Shown here: positions 17,572 through 27,765 of the stretch, one piece after another
How positions within the stretch are numbered: position 1 is the first letter of the stretch
Layout of the letters: each line of letters begins with the position of its first letter
Source: Gemmatimonadota bacterium
GTDB taxonomy: Bacteria; Gemmatimonadota; Gemmatimonadetes; Palauibacterales; Palauibacteraceae
NCBI GenBank assembly: GCA_046757485.1
Contig: JBHHYJ010000001.1
Coordinates: 48,319-112,318 of the forward strand
Reading direction: 5' to 3'
Length of the DNA stretch: 64,000 bases
The notes under the pieces: generated by a model
The model's database searches: none
What the model was told of the DNA's origin: nothing
The model's input: only the letters and a program-made list of their open reading frames with translations
Translations under genes and position numbers: made by a program

Positions 17572-18333
17572 ATGAGAGGAAGGATGAGGCGGATTGCGCC
17601 GCGGTGGACCCTGGCGCTGGCCGCGACGCTGACCGCCTGCGGAGGAGCGGCCGAGCGGCCGCGGAGCGAGTCGAGCCCCGACGGGGAGGAAGCCGTGCGA
17701 ACCGATCAGGAGACCGCGGAACCGAATCCGGCGCATGGCGGCGAGGGGGTGGACCTTCTCCTCGACCCCGCCGCCCCGGCCATGAATGAGACGGCCCCGG
17801 ACGAGTTCCAGGTGCGCTTCGAAACGTCGGAGGGGGAGTTCGTCGTCGCCGTGCACCGCGCCTGGTCTCCCCACGGGGTCGACCGCTTTTTCAACCTCGT
17901 CCAGGGCGGGTTCTACGACGGCGTGCGATTCTTCCGGGTCCTGCCCGGCTTCGTGGCGCAGTTCGGGATCAGCGGAGATCCCCGACGCTCCGCCGCCTGG
18001 CGCTCGGCCACGATCCCCGATGACCCGGTGGCCCACGGCAACGTGCGGGGGACCCTGAGCTTCGCGACGGCGGGCCCGGGAACGCGCACGACCCAGGTCT
18101 TCATCAACTTCGGCGACAACTCGCGCCTGGACGGGAGCGGGTTCTCTCCGTTCGGCGAGGTCGTGGAGGGGATGGAGGTCGTGGACCGGCTGTACGGCGG
18201 ATACGGGGAAGGCGCCCCTTCCGGCCGGGGTCCGAATCAGGCCCGCATCCAGAGCGAAGGCAACGCGTACCTGGAGAGCGAGTTCCCCGAGCTGGACTTC
18301 GTTCGCCGCGCCTATGTGGTGGAGCGGCCGTAG
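17572..18333 (+). CDS. peptidyl-prolyl cis-trans isomerase, cyclophilin type (lipoprotein)
   Basis: Lipoprotein signal (LAATLTACGG). Cyclophilin motifs (HRAWSPHGVDRFFNLVQGGFYDGVRFFRVLPGFVAQFG). Confidence 0.85.
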   Translation: MRGRMRRIAPRWTLALAATLTACGGAAERPRSESSPDGEEAVRTDQETAEPNPAHGGEGVDLLLDPAAPAMNETAPDEFQVRFETSEGEFVVAVHRAWSPHGVDRFFNLVQGGFYDGVRFFRVLPGFVAQFGISGDPRRSAAWRSATIPDDPVAHGNVRGTLSFATAGPGTRTTQVFINFGDNSRLDGSGFSPFGEVVEGMEVVDRLYGGYGEGAPSGRGPNQARIQSEGNAYLESEFPELDFVRRAYVVERP

Positions 18334-18375
18334 GAAGGAAAGAGCCCTGTTGCGGAGGCGCGACGGAATCCCCCT
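18330..18375 (+). repeat. REP-like element, diverged copy (TAGGAAGGAAAGAGCCCTGTTGCGGAGGCGCGACGG); its TAG is the PPIase stop codon
   Basis: Shares the AGCC(C)TGTTGC-GAG core. Confidence 0.35.
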
Positions 18376-18555
18376 CGCGCGCGGCCGGGGGCCACCTGCC
18401 GGAATCTCAACCGTTTCACACAGTTGGCGGCTGCCGTACCCGGGACGGACGCGCGCCCGCTTCTTGCAGACCGTACGGCTTCTCGACGGCCGGCATCTGA
18501 GGCCTCCGAACGGGCGGAAGGGAGACGGTAGGCGCACCGGGATCCGCGACTTCCT

Positions 18556-19680
18556 ATGAAGGACGAAACGCTCCGACACGCTCGTGTCCTCATCGTGGAC
18601 GACGAGCCGCAGAACGTTCGGTATCTCGCGGACGTGCTCCGCTGGGCGGGGTGCGGCCACGTCGAGGGCGTGACGGACCCCCGGCAGGCGCTTCCCCTCT
18701 TTCGGCGGTTTCAGCCCGATCTCGTGATCCTGGACCTGATCATGCCGGAGATGGACGGCTTCGCCGTGCTTCGGGGGATCCGGGAGCAGGTGGGAGAGAC
18801 GGAGGTTCTCCCGATCTTGATTCTCACCTCGGATGAGACCCGGGAAGCCCGCCGCCGGGCCCTGGGCGAGGGGGCCCGAGACTTCCTGACGAAGCCGATG
18901 AGTCCCACGGAAGTGGGGTTCCGGGTGCGAAACCTCATCGAAGCCCGGTTTCTCCATCTCCGCTGCCGGGGACTGGAGGAGGAGCTGCGCCGGGAAGGAA
19001 GGATCGCCGGGGGCCGGCCGCTCGACTTGGCGCTCGACCGTTGGGCCGCCTGCCTCGAGGCAGGTCCTCCGGAGGAGGCAGCCGTCCGGCGCTCCCGCCG
19101 GGTGGGGGCCACGGTCCGAGAGCTGGCGAGGGCGCTCGGGGCCACCGAGGAGGGTGCGGTCGAGCTGGCACGGGCGGCGCTGGTGGAGATGCTGACCCGT
19201 CCAACGGGAGAGGATGCGATCCCGGCGAGCTCGGTGAAGGAGCCCGCGCCCCCTGACGACGGGCTTCGAAACGGCGTCGCGGCTCGAGGGGTGAGGGTCC
19301 CGAGCCTCGGGGCCGGCTCTCAGAACGGAGGAGGTGCCCCCGACCGGGGCGGATCCTCGGACGGGAGGCCGGACGCCGGGCGGAGCCGGACGCCGCTCCT
19401 GGACCGGATCACGGAGATCGCGGAGGCGCGGGGGGAGCGCTGGGACGGAACGGGCGGGCCGCTGGGGCTGGCGGGGCGGGAGATCCCCCTCGCGGCGCGC
19501 CTGGCGGCCGTGGCGGAGTGCTTCGTTCAGGGAAGCGCGCCGGCGGAGCGGGCGGATGCCGCGGCGAGGCCGAACGCCGCGGCGGACGTCCTGCGGAGCA
19601 TCGAGGCGGAGGCCGGCAAGCGCTTCGACCCGGAGGTGGTGGGCGCTCTTCTGAGCGTCTCCGCGACGCCGACGGCCTGA
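18556..19680 (+). CDS. response regulator with a C-terminal degenerate HD-GYP-like module (RpfG-like architecture)
   Basis: Receiver domain (VLIVDDEP...LVILDLIMPEMDG...LTKP). The C-terminus keeps a GYP-like RWDGTGGPLGLAGREIPLAARLAAVAECF, but the HD metal-binding residues appear lost. Confidence 0.75.
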   Translation: MKDETLRHARVLIVDDEPQNVRYLADVLRWAGCGHVEGVTDPRQALPLFRRFQPDLVILDLIMPEMDGFAVLRGIREQVGETEVLPILILTSDETREARRRALGEGARDFLTKPMSPTEVGFRVRNLIEARFLHLRCRGLEEELRREGRIAGGRPLDLALDRWAACLEAGPPEEAAVRRSRRVGATVRELARALGATEEGAVELARAALVEMLTRPTGEDAIPASSVKEPAPPDDGLRNGVAARGVRVPSLGAGSQNGGGAPDRGGSSDGRPDAGRSRTPLLDRITEIAEARGERWDGTGGPLGLAGREIPLAARLAAVAECFVQGSAPAERADAAARPNAAADVLRSIEAEAGKRFDPEVVGALLSVSATPTA

Positions 19681-19715
19681 ACCGACGCGGGGGGCGCGGC
19701 GAGGGAGTGCGGACG

Positions 19716-21296
19716 GTGAGACGGAGCGGGAGCGCGGGAGTCCGGGGGCTCCAGGCCCGTCTCTACCTGGCCGGGGCGGCCATCATCCTCATCCTTCTGA
19801 TCCCGACCGTCTACGGGTGGATCCGGCTGTCGGAGCTCCGGTCCATCGCGTTCGACCTGCGGGCCCGGCACGCGTCCGCTTTCCTGGCCGTGGGTGAGCT
19901 GCAATCCTCCATCTCGAGGTTAGAACAGCTGCAGCGGCACTATGTCGCCGAGCCGGTCGACGGGGCGCGCAGCGCCATGTTCGAGGAGCTGGACGAGGTC
20001 TCCTTTCACCTCGCGCACCTGGCCCGCACGGGCTACGCGGAGGAGGCGGCCGGCCAGGCGGCGATGGTCGATACGCTCCGTCTCGTAACGAGTCGGATCG
20101 ACTCTCTCGTCAGGTTCGGGTCCCGGGAGCAGGCGGAGCGCGAGCTCCAGGCGCTGTCCGCCCTCGCCGCGACGGCTCGGAGCTCGCTCGAGGAGGTGGC
20201 ACGGGCGATCGACCGCCAGAGCGCGGCCCAGGCGACGCGGGCCCAGGCGATCGCGGATACATCGGGCGAGACGATCCTTGTGGCGTTCGGGGTGGCACTC
20301 GCGGTGGCGGTGCTCGTCGGAGGCCTGTCGGTAGCTACCCGGATTCTGCCGCTCTTCCGGCTGAGGGCGGCGATGGCGGCGGTCGCCTCGGGCCGCTTCG
20401 AGCCGCCGGAAGGACTCCCGTACGGCCGGCGGGACGAGATCGGCGACCTGTGTCGATCCTTCCGCTCCATGACCGAGCAGCTGGCGGAGCTGGATCGGCT
20501 GAAGGCGGAGTTCGTCGGAATCGCGAGTCACGAGCTGAAGTCGCCGGTGAGCGTGATCCAGGGGTACGTGGAAATGCTCGAGGATCGAGTGTACGGCCCC
20601 CTGACCGATGAACAGGTGGAACGGCTCGCCTACGTTCGGGAACAGACGCGGGTGCTGGCCCAGCGCGTGAACCACCTGCTTTCCCTGAGCCGCATGCAGG
20701 CTCGCGGACTGGAGCTGTCCCTCAGAGACGTAGGGGTGGCGGAGTTCCTGGAGGAGCTCCACGTGGCGTTCTCGCCACGGGCCCGCCAGGAGGGGATCGA
20801 GTTCGCGGTGCAGCTCCATGCATCCGCCCCGGAGGTCGTGCGGATCGACCCGGAGCGAGTGGGCCAGGAGCTGCTCGGGAACCTCATCTCCAACGCGTTC
20901 AAGTTCACCTCCGAGGGGGGCAGAATCGACCTCCGGGCGTTCGCCCGGGGCGAACGGATCGTGTTCGAGGTCAGGGACACGGGGGCGGGGATCTCGAACT
21001 CCGACCTCCCGTACATCTTCGAGAAGTACTACCGGGCGGGGCGGCAAACGCAGAAGGTGGGGTCGGGCCTGGGGCTTGCGATCGCCCGCGAGGTCACCGA
21101 AGCGCACGGCGGGAAGATCGAAGTTTGGAGCCGGTCGGGAGAGGGATCGACGTTCCAGATCTCCCTGCCCGTACACGCGTCAGCGCCGTCCGCCGGGGCG
21201 CGCGCCGGGCCGGCCGAAGAGAAGAAGGTCGAGGCGGATGGGACCGCTTCGGCACGACCCGCCCAGCTTCCCTCCACCGTCCGTCTAGGCTTGTAG
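19716..21296 (+). CDS. sensor histidine kinase (TM-HAMP-HisKA-HATPase_c)
   Basis: H-box FVGIASHELKSP. N, G1 and G2 boxes (LLGNLISNAFKFT, DTGAGI, GSGLGLAIA). Start chosen at GTG 19716 after RBS GAGGGA. Confidence 0.8.
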   Translation: MRRSGSAGVRGLQARLYLAGAAIILILLIPTVYGWIRLSELRSIAFDLRARHASAFLAVGELQSSISRLEQLQRHYVAEPVDGARSAMFEELDEVSFHLAHLARTGYAEEAAGQAAMVDTLRLVTSRIDSLVRFGSREQAERELQALSALAATARSSLEEVARAIDRQSAAQATRAQAIADTSGETILVAFGVALAVAVLVGGLSVATRILPLFRLRAAMAAVASGRFEPPEGLPYGRRDEIGDLCRSFRSMTEQLAELDRLKAEFVGIASHELKSPVSVIQGYVEMLEDRVYGPLTDEQVERLAYVREQTRVLAQRVNHLLSLSRMQARGLELSLRDVGVAEFLEELHVAFSPRARQEGIEFAVQLHASAPEVVRIDPERVGQELLGNLISNAFKFTSEGGRIDLRAFARGERIVFEVRDTGAGISNSDLPYIFEKYYRAGRQTQKVGSGLGLAIAREVTEAHGGKIEVWSRSGEGSTFQISLPVHASAPSAGARAGPAEEKKVEADGTASARPAQLPSTVRLGL

Positions 21297-21413
21297 TCGC
21301 GGGCCGCTGAGAACCCTGGCCGGCCCCGTGGGTCGGCCGGGATCGCGGACCCCTTCTGCAACCTGCCCCTCCGTCTCATCTTCCGATCCGAAACGGAGAG
21401 GAGGTCCGACCGG

Positions 21414-22634
21414 ATGGGCCGGCACACGCAGCGACACGGCACGCCTCGACGGGCAGCGAGGAGGAGAAGCACGACCGGCACGGGAGCCAACACCGGTTCC
21501 GGCCGGCAAACGGTCGGCACGCTACCGCTCGCCCTGAGCGCCCTCCTGGTCACGGCGGGGGCCGGAGCGGGCGCGCTCCGTGCCCAGACGCCCGAGCGCC
21601 CCCGGGCGAGGGAGCTCGGCATCCGGATCGGCCGGCTCCCGTCCGGCCCGTTGGACGCGATCACCGACGTGGCGGGCGTTCGGGTGGGCCACGCCACGCT
21701 GGTGGCCGGAGACTCCATCCGCACGGGCGTGACCGCGATCCTCCCGCGCTCCGGCAACCTGTTTCGGAACAGGGTGCGGGCCGCGATCGCGGTGGGCAAC
21801 GGGTTCGGCAAGCTCGTCGGCCTGAGCCAGGTGAACGAGCTCGGAGAGCTGGAGACTCCGATTCTGCTGACCGGCACCTTGAGCGTCTTCCGGGCGGCGG
21901 ACGCGCTGCTCGATACCCTGCTCGCGGAGCCGGCGAATCGCGAGGTGCGCTCCATGAACCCGGTCGTCGGGGAGACGAACGATGGCTTCCTCAGCGACAT
22001 CCGGGTGCGGCCGATCCGTCCCGAGCACGTCCGAGCCGCCCTGCGCGACGCCTCCGGGGGGCCGGTCGAGGAGGGAAGCGTGGGAGCCGGAACGGGCACC
22101 GTGGCCCTCGGGTGGAAGGGCGGCATAGGGACCGCTTCCCGGCGGGTGGCCGCGAGCGCCGGTGGGTTCACGGTCGGCGTGCTGGTGCAGACGAACTACG
22201 GGGGAGATCTGCGGATCGCCGGCGTTCCGGCGGGCCGCGAGCTGGGAACGGGGATTCGCGGTACGGGGCCGGACGGTGGGTCGGTGATGATCGTCGTGGC
22301 GACGGACGCTCCCCTCGCGCACCGCGAGCTCCAGCGCCTGGCCTACCGCGCCTTCCTCGGCATCGCGCGCACGGGCTCCTTCATGTCCCACGGATCGGGA
22401 GATTACGCGATCGCCTTCTCCACCTCGAGCGCCCCTTCGCGGCGGGATCCACGGCTCCTTTCGAGCCTCTTCGAGGCGGTCGTGGAGGCGACGGAGGAGG
22501 CCGTGTTGAACTCTCTGCTTCGGGCGACGACGGTCAAGGGCTTTCGCGGGCACGAGGCGCAAGCGCTCCCGGTCGAGCGGGTGCTGGAGCTCCTCCGTCG
22601 AGCCGGCCGGAGACACGGGGCGCCGGAGCGATGA
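21414..22634 (+). CDS. P1/S58 family peptidase (DmpA-like L-aminopeptidase/D-esterase), secreted
   Basis: Signal peptide. DmpA/ArgJ-like glycine-rich motifs (GTGTVALGWKGGIGTAS). Confidence 0.75.
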   Translation: MGRHTQRHGTPRRAARRRSTTGTGANTGSGRQTVGTLPLALSALLVTAGAGAGALRAQTPERPRARELGIRIGRLPSGPLDAITDVAGVRVGHATLVAGDSIRTGVTAILPRSGNLFRNRVRAAIAVGNGFGKLVGLSQVNELGELETPILLTGTLSVFRAADALLDTLLAEPANREVRSMNPVVGETNDGFLSDIRVRPIRPEHVRAALRDASGGPVEEGSVGAGTGTVALGWKGGIGTASRRVAASAGGFTVGVLVQTNYGGDLRIAGVPAGRELGTGIRGTGPDGGSVMIVVATDAPLAHRELQRLAYRAFLGIARTGSFMSHGSGDYAIAFSTSSAPSRRDPRLLSSLFEAVVEATEEAVLNSLLRATTVKGFRGHEAQALPVERVLELLRRAGRRHGAPER

Positions 22635-24322
22635 GAGGCGGGAACAAGATCACCGCGAGCCAGCGGAAGGAGGAGATCGTACCGGAGGAGCACCGGCCGG
22701 ATCTCCCGGTGGAACGATTCCTTCTCGGCGAGGCTCCGAGCGACGAGGCCGTGCCGCTGGACGTGCTCATCGTCGGGGCCGGGCCCGCGGGCCTCGCGTG
22801 CGCGATCGAGCTCGCCCGCCTCTCGCGGAAGGAAGCCGCGGCGGACGATGCGGCCGCCTCGCTGGAGATCGGGGTGCTGGAGAAGGCCGCGGAGATCGGG
22901 GAGCACTGTCTCTCGGGAGCCGTGGTGAACCCCGAGCCGTTCCTGGAGCTGTTTCCCGAGCGATCGGTGGAGGAGCTGCCGTTCCGGGGTCCGGTCCCCC
23001 GCGATCGGGTGTATCTGCTGACGAAGAGGGGACGGGTGCGCCTCCCGACACCTCCGAGCATGCGCAACCATGGCAACCAGGTGGCGTCCATCTGCGAGGT
23101 CGCGCGCTGGATGGGCGAGCGGGCCGAGGCGCTCGGGGTGAACCTGTTCACGGGCTTTCCGGCCGATGCGCTGCTCGTGCCGGGTGGGAAGGTCGCCGGA
23201 GTGCGGACGACTCCGGCCGGCCTTCAGCGGGACGGGAGCCCGGGGAGCGGCTACCTGCCGCCCACGGACCTGACGGCCCGAGTCGTGGTCCTGGCGGAGG
23301 GCACGCGAGGCTCCCTGACGCAGGCCTGGTTGGCAAGCGAACGGGTCGCTTCTCCGAACCCTCAGATCTACGCCCTGGGCGTGAAGGAGCTGTGGCGGGT
23401 GAGGCGTCCCCCCACCGCCGTGATCCACACCCTGGGCTGGCCTCTCCCCCGAGACGCCTTCGGTGGAAGCTGGATGTACCCGATGGGCAAGGATCTCGTC
23501 TCCCTGGGACTGGTCGTCGGCCTCGACTACCCCGAGCAGTCCCTGGACGTGCACGAGCTGCTACAGCGGCTGAAGGAGCACCCGCTGTTCGCCGCCTGCC
23601 TGGAGGGAGGAGAGCTGGAGGAGTGGGGGGCGAAGACGATCCCCGAGGGGGGGTACCACGCCCTCCCGGAGAGGCTGCACGGCGAGGGCCTCCTGGTGGT
23701 GGGGGATGCGGCGGGTCTCGTGGACGTCGCGTCGCTGAAGGGGATCCACCACGCGGTGCGGTCGGGCATGCTGGCCGCGCGGGCCGCGTTCGAAGCCCTG
23801 CAGGCGGACGATCCCTCGGCCGCCCGGCTTTCGCGGTACGATGGGTGGCTGCGCGGCGGCCCCGTAGGCCGGGAGCTGTACCGGACGCGGAACATGCGTC
23901 TCGCGTTCCGGAGCGGCTTCTGGAAGGGCGGCGTGCGGGCCGCGCTGATGCAGCTCACGCGAGGAGCGTTTCCGGGCCGCCGCATCGCGGGAGAAGCGGA
24001 CGCGATGGTTCCCCGGAGGGTCCGGTCGTCCCCGCCTTTCGCTCCGGACGGGAAGCGGTCGTTCGGCAAGCTCGAGGCGGTGTACCGCTCGGGCAACGCC
24101 ACCCGGGACGACATCCCCTCCCATCTCATCGCGAAAGAGGAGGTTGCAGCGGAGATGGCGGAGTTCTACGCCCACATGTGTCCGGCGGGGGTGTACGAGC
24201 GGGGCCCCGCCGGCCTCGTCGTGAACGCCCCGAACTGCGTGGACTGCAAGGCGACGGACGTCCTCGGCCCTCGGTGGACTCCGCGGGAGGGAGGAAGCGG
24301 GCCCGCGTACAAGCGGATGTAG
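22631..24322 (+). CDS. electron-transfer flavoprotein-ubiquinone oxidoreductase (ETF-QO)
   Basis: FAD Rossmann motif (VLIVGAGPAGLACAIELA). C-terminal 4Fe-4S cysteine cluster (CPAGVYE...NCVDCKATD). ATGA overlap with the upstream gene. Confidence 0.85.
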   Translation: MRGGNKITASQRKEEIVPEEHRPDLPVERFLLGEAPSDEAVPLDVLIVGAGPAGLACAIELARLSRKEAAADDAAASLEIGVLEKAAEIGEHCLSGAVVNPEPFLELFPERSVEELPFRGPVPRDRVYLLTKRGRVRLPTPPSMRNHGNQVASICEVARWMGERAEALGVNLFTGFPADALLVPGGKVAGVRTTPAGLQRDGSPGSGYLPPTDLTARVVVLAEGTRGSLTQAWLASERVASPNPQIYALGVKELWRVRRPPTAVIHTLGWPLPRDAFGGSWMYPMGKDLVSLGLVVGLDYPEQSLDVHELLQRLKEHPLFAACLEGGELEEWGAKTIPEGGYHALPERLHGEGLLVVGDAAGLVDVASLKGIHHAVRSGMLAARAAFEALQADDPSAARLSRYDGWLRGGPVGRELYRTRNMRLAFRSGFWKGGVRAALMQLTRGAFPGRRIAGEADAMVPRRVRSSPPFAPDGKRSFGKLEAVYRSGNATRDDIPSHLIAKEEVAAEMAEFYAHMCPAGVYERGPAGLVVNAPNCVDCKATDVLGPRWTPREGGSGPAYKRM

Positions 24323-24339
24323 AGGGCCGGCGGGGGGCT

Positions 24340-26718
24340 CTACGGCGCGGAACCGGGCGGAGCCGCGCCGCCGCTTCCTGCCAGAAGTTCGGAGAGCAGC
24401 TCCCTGGCCCCGTAGGCGTTGCGGAGGGCCTCGAGGATCCCGGCGGAGTGCACCCCGACGGACCGGGCCGCCCGGGTCCGGAACAGGAACTCGTTCGGCA
24501 GTTGCTCGATGTTCCCGTCGAACGCCACCCCCACGATGCGGGCCTCCCGGTCGATGACCGGACTTCCGCTGTTCCCACCCGTGATGTCGTTGGTGGCCAC
24601 GAAATTCAACGGTGTCGAGAGGTCGATCTCCGCCCGCTTCGCCTCGAAGGCGGCCGACAGCTTCCAGGGCATCTCGTTGCCGAACTCCGCCGCCCGGGCG
24701 TACAGCCCGTAGAAGGTCGTGTAGGGCGGCGCGAACGTACCGTTGTACGGATAGCGACGGATCACGCCGTCGCTGATGCGAAGGGTGAAGGTCGCGTCGG
24801 GCGGCACGTCGGTCCCGAACGTGGCGAAGAGGGCGTCGGCCAGGCGCTCCTCCTGCACTTGCTCCGCCGAGGTGGTTGCCTCCCAGCGTGAGGCGAGCTC
24901 CGGGTAGACGCCCGCCATATGGGTGGCGAGCCCGAGCAGTGCGTCGCCGGTTCCCTCCAGGGAGCCGGGACCGCCCTCGAGAAGTCGCTGGCGATACCCG
25001 ACCTCCATGAGGCGCGAGCCGGAGATGAGCCGCCTGGCGGCCTCGGCGGGCGTCTCGCCCGCCCGGAACGCCAGCGACCGGAACGGATCGTCGGCCGGGA
25101 GGAACCGCTCGGCGATCTCCAGTCGGAGGGCGAGCAGGCTCTCGGCCACCTCGGGATCCGGACGCTGGGGTTGGCGCAGCAGAGCCTCCCTCTTGGCCAG
25201 CTCCTCTCCCCGGAACTCGGCGGAGCGCTCCGTCTCCGGCTTCGCCATCTCGTGCAGGTAGGTGACGAGCGTCCCCGCCACCGACTCGTACGGCCCTCCC
25301 AGGAAGTCCGGGTTGTTCACGTTGAGCGGCGGTGCGAGGCGGAACTTGTCGCGCTGGATCGCCTCCATCCGCTCCCACGCGTCCCCGTACTCGGCCGCCA
25401 AGCGCGGGTCTCCCTCTACGCGCCGCCGGAACTCTCTTTCCCACAGCATCTTTCGCCCGATGAGCGTGGTGTCTCTGAGACCGCCCAGCTGTCCACGAAA
25501 CGCCTTGAGGCTGTTCTCCACGCTGAACAGGTTGTCCCGTACGGCCCGAGCCGCCTGCGGGCCGCGCGAGGCGATGGACTGGAGCAGGGTCCGCTGGCCC
25601 TCGAGGATGGTGAGGATGAACGGGTGGCGGAACCGCTGTTCGTACATCAGCTCCGAGACGGTGGCCAGACGGCTCGTGGTTCCCGGGTTGCCCGTGATGA
25701 AGACAAGCTCGCCCTCCGCCGCGCCTTCCGGGTTCCATCGGAAGTAGTGAGGCGTGGCGGCTGCCGTCGTGCTGTCCGCCTCGTACGCCCGCACGAACGC
25801 CACGTCCAGATCGTACCGCGGATACGTGAAGTTGTCCGGATCGCCCCCGAAGTAGGCCGCCTGCAGCTCGGGGAGGAAGACGAGCTTCACGGGCGCGTAC
25901 CGCCGGTATTCGTATAGCTGATACTGGCCCCCGTGGTACAGCGTGACGACCTGGCAGGTGTGCCCGGAGTCCGCCTCGCACTCCGCCTCGGCGGCTCGCG
26001 CGGCCGAGTCCTGTGCGGCCACGGCGGCCTCGTCGGCCATGCCCGCCCGCGCCGCGCCCTTGATACGGTCGGTCACGTCGCTGATGCGGACGAGCTGGTC
26101 CAGGTAAAGGCCGGGGCACAGGATCTCCCGCTGGCGTGAGTCGGCGTAGAACCCGGCCTGCACGTGATCGTGCGTGGCGTCCGAGACCGCCTCGGCGCAC
26201 TCTCGCGCACAGTGGTGGTTCGTCATCACCAGGCCGTTCGGGGAGACGAAAGAGGCGGAGCAGATCTCTCCGAAGCGCACGGAGGAGAGTCGGACGTGCT
26301 CCAGCCACTCCGACGTGGGGCGGAATCCGTACGTGGAATCCCAGTAGCTGAGCGGGGGGTTCTCGAACGTCCACATCGTTCCTGTCTCGAGTCCCTCCAG
26401 CCGGGTCTGCTGGGACGCCCGCCGCGCGGCCGGAGACGGAAGAAGCGCTCCGGGGGCCCACGCCCCGACGTCGGCCTCACCGGGGCCGCCGGTGGTCTCC
26501 CGGGCCCGGCCGGCCGATCCTCGGGGAGCTTCCGGCGCCGCCGGCTCGCTCGGGGATGCGAGACCCACCCGTTGGGTCACCGAGCTCCGGGCCGCCGGAT
26601 CGGCCGCGGAGGTCCGGATGCCGCCCGATGCGCATCCTGCCACGGGAAGGAGCGCGGCGAGCGGGACCACGAAAGCCAGAACACCGGGCGGCTGTTTCTT
26701 CCACGTCAGGATCTTCAC
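24340..26718 (-). CDS. S46 family dipeptidyl-peptidase (DPP7/DPP11-like), lipoprotein
   Basis: Catalytic triad contexts: MTNHHC (His), TGGNSGSP (Ser), and the chymotrypsin-fold Asp region. Lipoprotein signal LLPVAGC. Confidence 0.85.
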   Translation of the reverse strand: MKILTWKKQPPGVLAFVVPLAALLPVAGCASGGIRTSAADPAARSSVTQRVGLASPSEPAAPEAPRGSAGRARETTGGPGEADVGAWAPGALLPSPAARRASQQTRLEGLETGTMWTFENPPLSYWDSTYGFRPTSEWLEHVRLSSVRFGEICSASFVSPNGLVMTNHHCARECAEAVSDATHDHVQAGFYADSRQREILCPGLYLDQLVRISDVTDRIKGAARAGMADEAAVAAQDSAARAAEAECEADSGHTCQVVTLYHGGQYQLYEYRRYAPVKLVFLPELQAAYFGGDPDNFTYPRYDLDVAFVRAYEADSTTAAATPHYFRWNPEGAAEGELVFITGNPGTTSRLATVSELMYEQRFRHPFILTILEGQRTLLQSIASRGPQAARAVRDNLFSVENSLKAFRGQLGGLRDTTLIGRKMLWEREFRRRVEGDPRLAAEYGDAWERMEAIQRDKFRLAPPLNVNNPDFLGGPYESVAGTLVTYLHEMAKPETERSAEFRGEELAKREALLRQPQRPDPEVAESLLALRLEIAERFLPADDPFRSLAFRAGETPAEAARRLISGSRLMEVGYRQRLLEGGPGSLEGTGDALLGLATHMAGVYPELASRWEATTSAEQVQEERLADALFATFGTDVPPDATFTLRISDGVIRRYPYNGTFAPPYTTFYGLYARAAEFGNEMPWKLSAAFEAKRAEIDLSTPLNFVATNDITGGNSGSPVIDREARIVGVAFDGNIEQLPNEFLFRTRAARSVGVHSAGILEALRNAYGARELLSELLAGSGGAAPPGSAP

Positions 26719-26835
26719 GCGTTTCTCCTCTCCCGTGTCGCAGGAACCGGGAGTCGAGAGCGGCGAAACGGTAGTCCGGGGCGCTCGCCTCCCGTGGGAC
26801 CGTGCGGCTATTCTAGACCCTCGGCATCAGATATC

Positions 26836-26880
26836 CTAGAAGCCCGTGGACGAACCGCGGTGGGCCGGGCGCGTGGGTCT
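26836..26880 (+). repeat. REP-like element copy in a divergent promoter region (CTAGAAGCCCGTGGACGAACCGCGGTGGGCCGGGCGCGTGGG)
   Basis: Shares the CTAGAAGCC head and the GC-rich hairpin body. Confidence 0.45.
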
Positions 26881-26957
26881 TGCCGAGGGCAGACCCGGAA
26901 CGAGGAGGAAGGCGATGCCGGAGCGGCTCACCCTCCCTCACCCGCAGCGGGGAAAGC

Positions 26958-27728
26958 GTGGCGAAACGGTACGTGGCGGAGCATCGCGGAAAGCTGTTCA
27001 ACCTGCTGTGGCCGTTGACCCGCTACCTGATCACGAACCTCTCCGTGGCGGTGGCGTTCGTCCTCTTTTTCCTCTTCAATCGGACCACCGTCCTGCGGAG
27101 GAGAAACGTTCCGCGTCGCAGGAACACCCTGCTCCTCTCCAACCATCAGTCGATGATCGACAGCTTTCTGGTCGGCATGTGCGCCTACTACCCGTGGTCG
27201 TGGCTGAAGCCGTCGCTCATTCCTTGGAACCCGGCCGCACAGGAGAACTTTTACGGCCAACCGCTGCTCGCCTGGTTCTCCGACCAGTGGAAGTGCATTC
27301 CCGTCCGGGAGGGCCGCCGGGACCTCAGGGCGCTGTACCGCATGATGACCGCGCTGCGTGGGGGCACGATGACGTTATTCCCCGAGGGCACACGGAGTCG
27401 GGACGGAAGCGTCGGCCCGGGACGCCCCGGGGCGGGTCTCCTGGTGCTCGGGAACCATCCCACCGTGATTCCGGTAGCGATCGACGGAATGGGAGACCTG
27501 CTTCCCGTGGGGTCCAGGTGGCCACGGCTGGGGAAGAGGGTGTACGTCTACTTCGGGCGGCCGTTCGACACCTCCGAGTTCCTGACCAGGCCGCGCTCCA
27601 AGGAGACCGCGCAGGAGCTGGTGGACCGGGTTCTCGTGACGATACGTCGCCAACAGCGGGCCGTGAGGCGTCTGCGCAGGTTCAGGGCCCGGTACGGTCG
27701 CGCCGCGAGTACCCCACGGCGCTCGTGA
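26958..27728 (+). CDS. 1-acyl-sn-glycerol-3-phosphate acyltransferase (PlsC/LPLAT family)
   Basis: HX4D motif (NHQSMIDSF) and FPEGTRS motif. The frame is open from TTG 26880; GTG 26958 is preferred (RBS GGGGAAAGC). Confidence 0.8.
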   Translation: MAKRYVAEHRGKLFNLLWPLTRYLITNLSVAVAFVLFFLFNRTTVLRRRNVPRRRNTLLLSNHQSMIDSFLVGMCAYYPWSWLKPSLIPWNPAAQENFYGQPLLAWFSDQWKCIPVREGRRDLRALYRMMTALRGGTMTLFPEGTRSRDGSVGPGRPGAGLLVLGNHPTVIPVAIDGMGDLLPVGSRWPRLGKRVYVYFGRPFDTSEFLTRPRSKETAQELVDRVLVTIRRQQRAVRRLRRFRARYGRAASTPRRS

Positions 27729-27765
27729 CGCGACCCGCCGTGGTTTTTCCACGGGCTTCGAGGAG
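27712..27765 (-). repeat. REP-like element copy, inverted orientation, overlapping the last codons and stop of plsC (CCCCACGGCGCTCGTGACGCGACCCGCCGTGGTTTTTCCACGGGCTTCGAGGAG)
   Basis: Perfect 8-bp stem CCACGGCG/CGCCGTGG with a 14-nt loop; same architecture as the 4943 and 38749 copies. Confidence 0.6.
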
